The notes under the pieces are model-generated. The model saw only the letters and a program-made list of their open reading frames with translations. It did no database searches and was not told where the DNA came from. From Utricularia gibba (taxonomy: Eukaryota > Plantae > Magnoliophyta), in assembly GCA_002189035.1 (NCBI GenBank), contig NEEC01000002.1:3596001-3660000 (forward strand): a stretch of DNA of 64,000 bases, in the 5' to 3' direction. Below, piece after piece: positions 50,001-60,300 of this stretch (its first letter is position 1; the number at the start of each line of letters is the position of its first letter). Made by a program: the position numbers and the translations under genes.

Positions 50001-51267
50001 ATGGTACAACCAGGAACAATGATGGGAAGCTGCTACTTCAGTTTGGTTCAATGGCAAGAGCTTGAGCTTCAAGCTCTCATCTTCAGGCATATGATTGCTG
50101 GCGCTGCTGTTCCTCCTGAGCTTCTTCATCTTGTTAAGAAAAGCCTCGTCTCTGATTCTTCTCCTTATTGCATCTTCAGCCCCCCTCATTCCTACTATGC
50201 TCAGTATCACTCTGCTCGTAAGAAATCTGCATTACTATGCGGTACCTTCCTTTCATTTATTTCTGTTACTCACGTCTTGTTTTGGTTAGTGATGCAAACG
50301 GGGTATTGGGGGAGGACGGCGATGGATCCGGAGCCAGGTCGGTGCCGGAGAACTGATGGAAAGAAGTGGCGGTGCTCTAGAGATGTGGTGGTGGGGCAAA
50401 AGTACTGCGAGCGTCACATGCATCGAGGAAAAAACCGTTCAAGAAAGCCCGTGGAAAATCCGACATCCGCCGCCGGATTCTTCGACAACTCTGCCGCGGA
50501 GGAAATGGCCGCGGCCAGGCAGTTTTGTCTCTCAGGTCCATCGCCACCCTCCGTGGATCTTCTTCAGCGTAATCAAAGGTGACTTTTTTGGGGGGTTTTG
50601 TTTTTTAAATGCCAGAAAGAAAACCATCAACGGCTATGGATCCATGCATTGAATATGACGCTTCTGTCGTCTGTTCGTTTGTTGACTGCCTCTGCCTTTT
50701 TGGACCTGTTCCCTAAAAGCAAGAAGTGGCACTAATCAATTCTGTGCCCTTCTTATTTCATTATCAAGAAAGCAGACCCTTCCCTGAGTGAGGGGGCTCA
50801 AGTGAATTGGTGTATAGTGTTCTTTTTTTAGCTCTTACCTGGATGCGTGTTCTAAGTGGTGTGTGTGTAGGCCAATGGAGTTCATGAATGAGACCAAGTG
50901 CTGCCCTCTCGAGTCCCTGAACGATGGCCATGGTAGCTCCGGCGGGAAACGAACTCTCATACCTTTCTTCGACGACTGGCCGAGATCCATTCACGAGACG
51001 GCAACGGATGATGCTGCTAAAATGGTGGTCTCCGCCACCAGCTTGTCGATTTCGATCCCCGGAAACCCGTCGTCCGATGTGTCACTGAAGCTCGGAACCT
51101 GCAAGGGGAACGAGGCTGGGAGGGAAAGACCGCCGATGAGTTGGAGCACCGGGGGGCCCTTGGCCGAGGCATTGAGATCTTCTTCAACTTCTGCTTCTAC
51201 AAGTTCGCCCATAAGCGTGCTGCAGAATAGATTTCCCAGGAGCTCCGTTTCAGAAAACAGTTGCTGA
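50001..51267 (+). CDS. GRF: Growth-regulating factor (QLQ and WRC domains), GRF3/GRF4-like; exons 50001-50217, 50290-50578, 50871-51267, about 300 aa
   Basis: QLQ: FSLVQWQELELQALIFRHMIAGAAVPPELL. WRC: DPEPGRCRRTDGKKWRCSRDVVVGQKYCERHMHRGKNRSRKPVE. C-terminal FFDDWP, TSLSISIP and GGPLAEAL motifs. The start codon is uncertain (49680, 50001 or 50019). Confidence 0.93.
50435..50456 (+). promoter_or_regulatory. miR396 target site in the GRF WRC-coding region (variant)
   Basis: CCGTTCAAGAAAGCCCGTGGAA vs the canonical CGTTCAAGAAAGCCTGTGGAA, at the RSRKPVE codons. Confidence 0.88.
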
Positions 51268-51545
51268 AGCGACAAGTGGCCTCTTATTTTCCCATCCATT
51301 GTCTTCTTTGTTTGTTGGTTTAGTTATGTTTTGTCACCGTTCAAGAGACAAAAGGAGTGGCTTTGTTACTACTCAGTCTAATCCATGGACACAGGCGGGC
51401 ATACGGAACAGCGTACAAGTAAAAAAACCCACAGGTGCCTTTTCTTCGATGAAAAGCACCACGGTGCGAAAAGTGTTAAATCACTAGCAAAAGTTGCTCT
51501 TGTCTTTTGGCAGCGCCAGGCTTCTGCTGAAGCTGACGAGCACCT

Positions 51546-54500
51546 TCACCTCCTCAAAGCTCCATAATTACGCCTCGGCTACAAACAAAAATGATTTGAG
51601 CCATGGATTTTACGTATGCTCTTTGTTTATACTGGAAAAAAAAAAAATAAAAGCAATGCAACGTTCTAAGCTGCTTCAGTAACACTTACTTGAGGCTGGG
51701 ACCCTTTCATCAGATTATTGGGTGCACAAGCGTCATCATCATTATCATCGTCTTTGTTACTCCAAAGGAATCTATCAAGTGAAGGTGAAGGAGAGGTTGA
51801 CATGCTTTCGGATTTTCTTCCTCTTTTTGTGGTACCTGTTCCTCTGCCTCTACCTCTTGGCATTGCTCGTTTTGTGCCTCTCCGCACCTGAGCCTCGTTG
51901 TCATCCTGCAATCGGTGTTGAGTTGAAGGATATAGGTATCCACTTTGGAGATTCCTAAATCAATAGAAAAGTTGTGGAAGTGAGATGATACCGAGCTGTC
52001 AGACACGTCATTGAGATTGAACTTGGCCGTTTCATCCTTTGGGTCTGAATCCACTGCATCTTCCTCCTCAATAACATTACGAAGAGAAGCTGATGCAGTC
52101 CTACGAAAAGACCACATGCATGAGATTCTGTAGAACATTCTTTGACGACTCATTAGCCCGAAGAGAAAGTGGGAGTGTATCACCATGCCCCCATTGAATC
52201 TACAGTGAGTCTGCATCAGTTATTAGAAGCTACAAGGTTCTGCCTTAACTTTTTTGATAATTATATCAAAATGGAAAAATCATTTTCTGAGAAGAAACCC
52301 ATGAAACAGGAAGGCTTGATGGATATCAAGAAGAAAACTGGCCATTTTCACAAACCAAACAGACCTTTGTGAACGACTGAAACCCGAGGAGGCATCTAAG
52401 GTAGTTTGCTTTAGAGTCTCGGTGGCCTTGCCCCTTCTTCTCCCTCTACCCCTTCCTCTTCCAGTAACCTTACCAGCTTTTGGAATGTCAAGAGAGGACA
52501 TTAAAGTCTGGGATGTGCCCTTTCTGACTGAAACGGAACCAGGGAATGAAGCACCCTCATCTCCAAAAAAATCATTGGCAGTCCCAGCCCCTTCTACAGT
52601 CCTTATGTTCTAGAATCATAAAATAAAAAAAAAAATCCAATGCAAATACGTTAGATAACCAGCAATCAAGGAACCTGCTCATGAGAATAACAATCTGGCA
52701 CCTCTGAGGAGGGTTTACAAGGAGCAGAGCTTTGCCGATCTTGTGGCTTGAGAGCTCTGTTCCTGATTCTTTCCTGAAAATCATCACATTTTAAATCAAG
52801 GCATGTCTGAAAGAGGCTGACGAAGGAGCTGAATAAGGTAGCACTGCCATCAGCCAGAGGAATAAATCCACTTCGATACTGTAACATTTTCCAAAAACTT
52901 TGGGTTCATTCACGTCGAGTTACGTTAACTTGAAATGGCGCAAGGGCTAAATTATCAGGAAGGTCCAAAAAAATTGCAATTCTTATCTTTTTAGGGAAAA
53001 GTCATTACCTCCAAGCACTCTCCAACTTTGACAATAAGGTCTTCCTCTTCAAACTTATCAACATCTGGATTCCAATCAATTTTATTCTGCAGGATGAATG
53101 AAATCCACTATCTTAACGTACTAAAGGAGAACTTGCACCTATGAAGTTTGGAACAAAAAATAAAAATCAAGCTACCAAAGCTACCACGAGAATGAGAAAA
53201 AGAAAACTGCAATAAACTGAACTAAAACTGCATCACTTACACGAGTTTCTTCAAGGTTGTATTGCAAACACGAATAGAAAGCCATTTTGTCATCCTTATT
53301 GACAAAATTGTGTAAAGCAACGTCCAAATCATTGACAGGGAGTATTTCCATTTTCTGAGAATGATACAAACGAAGTTTATCAGGAAGTGGATCATAATAA
53401 AGAAAGTCCCGTGAGAATAATTTTCAGTTTTGATTTGAAGATTGTTGCAGCACCATGGGTAAGCTAGCTAACTCACACTTCTTGTAACCTCAGACGTGAC
53501 AAAGGGAAAGCCCCCTCCCATCACAGTAAAATACATGGAAGTATTGGAGAAACAAGGCAAAAATATGATTTCACATTTTGCTGCGAAAGACGAACTCCAA
53601 GAAGTTGCAGATTTGACAGATGCTAGAATTCAGCGGCAATAAAATGAGATTGAATATACCATACCAGATTACTCTCAGCCACTAAGGCTTCAATATTTTG
53701 CTGATTCAGCTCTTCTGGCCGTAGCTTTTCAGAGTCACCATTTTTATCTAGTGAAGATCAAAACAGCACTTTTCCATCGGAAACATTACATAATCAATCA
53801 TATTTCGCTTTTTGTCTCGTACACCCATCAAACAATGTAAATATGTATAATATAAGAAAATCAGATCATCCAAGACACTAAAACTTACCTTCACTGTGCA
53901 CCTTCTTAGATTTAGAAAATATAAGAATATCCTGAGGATTTGCAACCTACAGTTTTAAAGCAGAGGACATTGGCAGTTACTTTTCAGTAATAAAATGTAG
54001 GAGAGGACAAAATTTGCATACCTTTCCGACATATTTTTGCCCAAATCTTTGTGGATTTATTGTCATAAATCCTGAGTAATCCACCTATTTGATTCAAAAG
54101 CAAAATGAGATGCAACAATTATTCAAGAAAATAAATCCAATAAAATAGAGAGAAATTTACCTTGATCCTAACTATTGGAAGCTTGAGATTAGATTTCTCC
54201 ACTGACCTTTGATTAGCCCTCTCTATCAAATTCTCAGCCTGAATGAATGAGATGTTTTAGTTAAAGGTAAAAATACGAGGTAATGCACAAACTTGATTAA
54301 CAGATATAATAAGGGAAGAGATCATGTCATGGAAAACAACAATTTCAAAAGCAAAGCTTCCCACAATGGTGGCTTCAGCTCCAAATATGACATGACTATC
54401 ATCCACCAATAGTTTTTATCCTAAATCATCAGGCAAATCCAACTGAACACTGTTATCACATATTGGCTATCCCAATATGTTAAGCAACAGCAGCACCTAA

Positions 54501-56561
54501 CTTTGCCTTCTGAAGCCACTCCATCCATTCTAAAATCTAGATATCCATCACCAAAACCCCGTGATGCAGAAAGTACCAAATACAACTTTCTTACAACTTT
54601 ATCCAAGTGCTCAAGAATGGAATTTTGATCTTTCGGGTCAACATCTGTTTCGTCCTTCAAAACTACCTACATATCATAAATTTATTACATAATCTGAAGT
54701 ACGATATCAACCTGAAGATACAACGATGCTACCTCTGCATATTCAAAAGGCCTCACAGACCTGAGAGGTATCTTGTGTGGCTTATACTGAGTCCCCTGGT
54801 ACATAATGTCGATGTATGAGAGACATGAAGGCAGAATTATATGAGAAAGGCTTGAATGAATCATGAAGTCCAACCTTAATATCCAAAATAAGCACATGTT
54901 TTGGCTTTGATTCACCCTCAATAAGCGATGTTGCCACAGAAGATCCTGGTTGCGTGATGTGGAAACCCATTCCAGGAACTTCCTGCAGGAACAAACTCAT
55001 CAAATAGAAGAAAACAATCCATAAGAACCTCAAAAACGAAACTCAACATATTGAAACCTGGGGATCAATGAGACACTCATGTTCATGCCCCCAGACGACA
55101 AAGTCTAGAAAACGGGGGAGAAAATGCTCATTGATTGCATTTTTTGGATTCGCCTTTACTCTGAAATGAAAAAAAATGGGGATCCAGAACTTCACTGAAT
55201 GTTTTAAAAATGTGGAGACTATAGATGAGCTATGGCCATAAAGAATTGTGTTCCAGTACAAGATGAGCACCACTTATCACCTATTCTGATGAAGTACCAG
55301 CATGTTAAACCATTCTGAAACTTGACAATCTTCCTCATCCATGGGCCGCATCCATTGAACTGCATGAGGGGTCTAGTTTCCATAGAAAAACAGAATGAGA
55401 GAGCTACATCAAGGTAATAACAACGACAGGTAATAAAACCTGGAATATTCTGTTCAAACGTTCATCTCGTATATTTCCAAGGCCATATAAAGCAATGGAT
55501 GTCGAACCCTTGCATAGAAAAAAAAAGCAAGGATTAATATATATGATAGTGAATTGAATAAAATTAATTGGAAACTCCAGTTTTAAAACCTTTCTTATAA
55601 GGATGGGGTGAAGAGTTATCTGCCCAACACCGGAACCTTCAAGGGCCATTTTTCCAAAGTAGTTAACTAGATTACATGCTGACAGAATATCAATAGACGA
55701 AAGATTGTCCTACATAGACAATTGACAACATTCAAAACATATCGAGCAAATCTCACATAGAGCTTCACACTCATGGTTATATGATAACAACAGGGTATCC
55801 TCGTATCTGAAATGAGTAGGTACAGCCGCAAAAATAAACTATTCTTTTTGATCAACCCCATCATGAAAATCCTAGTACTAACAAGCTTACAATGAACACA
55901 TATCGAACACAATGTCATCATAGGCTATAGGGATAAGAAAACAGTTGGTTTATCATACAGTTCATACCACTCCAGCAGGATCATCATGATTCCCATGTAT
56001 GCTGAAAACCGGTAATCCGACATTGAAATGCGGATCTTCATAGTTCACTTGGCCAAAACTGCACATAGATGATTTTATCTTAACAGCAGGAGTGCATACA
56101 TCTATTCAGATTATTCAACATATGACACACTGTACTAAATTCATAATTCACTGAAGTAAATCATGAAAATCCTTACGAGCTAACAAAGAGAATAAGGATT
56201 ACGAGTTGGGAAAGTTTATAGTCTGGTCGCTGACAACTTGGAACCGGACCGGCTTATCATTGAGACAATGGTGACGCAGGATTTCGATCGCCTTGACCAA
56301 AGTTGATCTTGAAGGCTTGTTCTCATGGAAAATATCGCCTCCAAGAAGTACGAAATCAACCTAGAAATGCAGAATTTCATTTAAGAAATCCCATGAAACA
56401 ATAAATGAAGAATCTTCAGGTACCTCATTCTGCTCCGCGATAGAGCATATCTCCTCAAACGCCTGGAACGAATCATTCCCGCGGATTTCGTCCTTTTCCA
56501 TGTAGCCCAGATGGCAATCCGTAGCAACTAAAATACGCAGCATATTTCCATCACCTCCCAT
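51546..56561 (-). CDS. MRE11: Double-strand break repair nuclease MRE11, 21 coding exons, 720 aa
   Basis: Exons 56561-56424, 56360-56203, 56058-55968, 55709-55590, 55508-55440, 55372-55281, 55160-55058, 54982-54875, 54795-54733, 54666-54595, 54238-54161, 54084-54022, 53946-53889, 53747-53665, 53354-53241, 53086-53009, 52773-52702, 52609-52365, 52100-51992, 51905-51690, 51578-51546 sum to 2163 nt in frame. Motifs: [40 protein letters not shown] motifs and the end RNYGALRR*. Confidence 0.97.
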
Positions 56562-56634
56562 AAAATGAACATCACTGAAATCAAAGGTCGAAGACGTAAT
56601 TCCGGTTAAAAAACACTCGAGTTACAGTTTTCAT

Positions 56635-56643
56635 AAACCCTAA
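56635..56643 (+). promoter_or_regulatory. Telo-box AAACCCTAA in the MRE11 5' leader (probably a leader intron)
   Basis: AAACCCTAAACCC at 56635-56647, upstream of an AG acceptor (TTGATTTCAG) just before the ATG. Confidence 0.5.
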
Positions 56644-57318
56644 ACCCGCGCACACTCAAAATTCAAGTGTAACTCATGCTAGTGAATTGAAGGTCGGAAT
56701 CCTAGGGCATTCGATTACATAATAATCAAGAAGGTCAAGGTTCGTCAGACGAGCTCTCTGTTTTTGGCTCAGAGAAGGCCGGCTTACGGTGGCGCGTGGC
56801 CGGGAGGGTTACCAGCATTCAACGTTCGGATTTAGTATCCCGAAAATTCGTGAAGTATCTAACATTTTAATGATATACTGTACTTTTTTACAAAATACCT
56901 CAATTTTCAGCATCATTATAAATAATATTAATACATTTAATACTTCAAATAAACATATTAATATGCATTTTGATTTATAAAAAATCATCATTTAAATTTT
57001 AATAAAAATATTTTTTAATTTTAAATAACTTTGCAAATTTAATAAAAAACATATATTTTATTTTCAAATTTTCAAGTATGTAATATGTAATATGACTAAT
57101 TACGTTTTTTTTTTATCAAAATAATAGTTATATATCTGATAAATATATGTTGATACAAATTTTAAAATTTGTGACATAAATAAATGCTTAATAAATCGAG
57201 GTAAGATTTCTGGTTTTTTATAATAAAAAATAATTAATTTTAATAAAATAAATATTTGTATAAAAAATAAAATCATCTTTGAAGATTTTAATTTGTTCTT
57301 AAATACCAATCAATATGT

Positions 57319-60300
57319 TGTTAGAGATCAGCTTCAATTCAAAGTTTGAAGTTGATTGGAAAGACTAACCTTATGTTATAAAGTCATGTTTCAGTTAAAA
57401 AGATGTTGAGTTCAAATTATTGGGTTTTTTGTGTGTTTTTAATGATTGTGACCCATTATTGGGTAATCTAGATATTGGATATGTATAAATCCTACTAGAA
57501 ATAGGTGTGAATTAGGTTTTCAATCATTTTTATTGTTCATTAGTCGTTTTTCATCCAAAGTGATCTCATAAGAATTATCCCTTTGTTCCTTCCCAAAACT
57601 CTATCTTTCTTGCATTAACATGGTATCAGAGAAGTAAGGTTCTCAAACTTGTGTTCGTTTCAGTATTTTATTTACCATTTAGCCTTTTTTCACTTAGCGG
57701 TTTGCCAAGTATCAACCCGAAGTTGTCAAACGATGGCCATGATGGCATCTCGTAGGGGGCCTCCAATATTTGATGGTTCTGAGTATGGAAGTTGGGTTAA
57801 AAAGATGCATAGCTATCTTCGAGTCAGAAAGATTTGGGATGTTGTTGAAATGGAGATATCGACTATTACAATAACAATCAAATCTACATCAAAAACAGCA
57901 AGAGGAAGCTGAGTATCTTCAACAGAGAAAAGATAAAGCAATGGATGCCTTATATCAAGCCATTTTTGAACATCTATTTGATGATATTGCAGAGTGTCAA
58001 TCAACGAAAGAAATATGGGATACTCTCAAATCCCATTATGATGATGATGTCAAACTCAGAGAGATAATATGCAAAAACAAGCTGGAAGACTTTGAAAAGA
58101 ATAAAATGTTAGACAATGAAACCATACAAGTATATTATGAACGTACTGTGAAGCTTGTGAAGGAGATTTGAGGATTGAGGAAAAAACTTGAAGATAAAAA
58201 GGTGATAAGTAAGGCAATCATGAGCCTACCTGCAAGATTTGAGCCAAAGTTATATGCACCTGAGATAGAAAGAAAAATCCTTGACATTATTGAAGAAAAG
58301 CTCCATCAACTGTATCCTGAATATCCTGTTACACCAGAGCCAACATTTAGAAAATTCATGATTGAGTTACAATCTACAGAAAAGAGATTGAAACTAAGAG
58401 ATGTTATGAGGTTGAGAAATCCTATGGTGAAGCTACTCTCCTCACCAAAATGCAGAATATGAATATAAACTCAAGTGCAACAAACAATGTCAAGGATGTC
58501 AAGTCAACAGCCATCAAACAATCACCAACGTCAATCCCAACTTCAATCATGGGTAATCAGAAGTGCAGGCATTGTAATAAATCCAACCACAAGAGTGAAC
58601 ATTGTTGGACTTTAAGCAAAAATGCTTGCAAGCATTGCAACAAACAGAATCATAGGAGTGAGTTTTGTTGATGGAATGGGAAGCCTGATGCTTTGTGCAC
58701 GAAATGCAATCAAAGAGGCCACCTTGACAAGGTATGTGGAATGTCAAATCCAATCAAAGTTGATCATAACAAGAAGACTACTTCCAAGGATGAAAAATCA
58801 CATGCATCCTTTACCTATTTTGAAGACAAGTCAGAAATATCTTTTGAAGATTCTTGTGATTATGAGTGTGCTCTAATGACAGTAGTCTCATATGCTAAAG
58901 GCTGGTACTTGGATTCTGGCACGTCTATCATGTATGTTGTGATACAAGATCATTTCTCTAGTTTGAAAAGATTGGGAAGGAGGTAAGCACGTGCACTGGT
59001 GAAAATATTGGCATTGTGGGCAAAGGAAGCCTTTTACTCATGCTAAAAGAAGGAATTGTTCAAGTTGATGATGTTTATTATTCACCAAACCTCAAACAGA
59101 ACCTATTGAGCTTTGGCCAATTGAGCAGGCAAGGTTTTGGCATTGAGCTGATGAAGGATGCTGGTGGTATAACCTCTAAAGTTAAAGTTGCTGATCCAAA
59201 AATGAAGATTGAATTCCATGCTGTGTTGACCACCTACAACCTCTACCAAATCATGGTCATTGATCATATAAGTGTTTTTTTCTCACTTGAGGATCAAAGC
59301 AGCCTTTGGCACAAATGTTTTGGGCACTATAGCTTCAACAATTTGAAAATATTGCAGAAGAATAAGGAAGTACTGGAATTGAAAGACATCAAGTTTGCTG
59401 ATGCCATATGTGAAGTGTTCCATCAAGGTAAATGTTGTAGAAAGTCATTTTATTCCAGTGATTCAGTAGCAAAGGAGAAATTAGAACTTGTGCATTCAGA
59501 TGTTTGTGGAACATTTAAGGAATGTTTATTGGGGGAGAGTAGATATTTTGTTACATTCATTGATGATTCACGTTATTGTTGGGTTTACTTTCTTAAAAGC
59601 AAGCCATAAGTTCCTCATATCTTTCGAAAATTCAAAGTGATGACTGAGAATCAGAGTGGATGCTCCTTAAAGATGATTAGGTTAAACAATGGAGGTTACA
59701 ATAATAGCATAAGAATGTTCTGTGAAAATGAGGGAATCATTCATCAATTCACAGTACCATATTCTCCACAATAGAATGGCATATGTGAAAGGAGAAACAA
59801 AACAATTCTTGATATGTCAAGATGCCTATTGTTTGCTTCCTGTAAATTTCTGAGCTGAAGCGGTATCTATATCTGTATATCTATTGAACTTGCTTCCTTC
59901 CAAGGCGACTAGTGGAAAAACTACTCATGAAAAATGGCATGGTTATATTAAAAAAGTTGATCATGTCAGAATCTTTGGTAGTTTATGTTTTACTCATGTA
60001 CTAGATAAAAAACAAGGAAAACTTGATAAGAAATCTATATTTAGTGTATTTGTTGGTTATAGCAACACTACCAAGGGATATAAAGTTTATATACTTGACC
60101 AGAAGAAATTCATCTTTAGTCATAATGTCTCTTTTGATAAAGGTACAAAGTACACTTTGATTGATGATTGCATTTTTCTAAATGATGCAAAAGCTCATAA
60201 AAATCTTGGAGGGCATAACACTCACGTGAAAGTTGACCTTTGGACACACATGCCTCAAAATATCTCTTCCAAGAATTCAACAAACCAAGAAAGTGAAGAT

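Noticed and set aside
56785-56850. E2F or SOG1 sites in the MRE11 promoter (GGCGCG, CCCGAAAA)
   Set aside because: Neither matches the WTTSSCSS consensus, and no CTT(N)7AAG motif was found.
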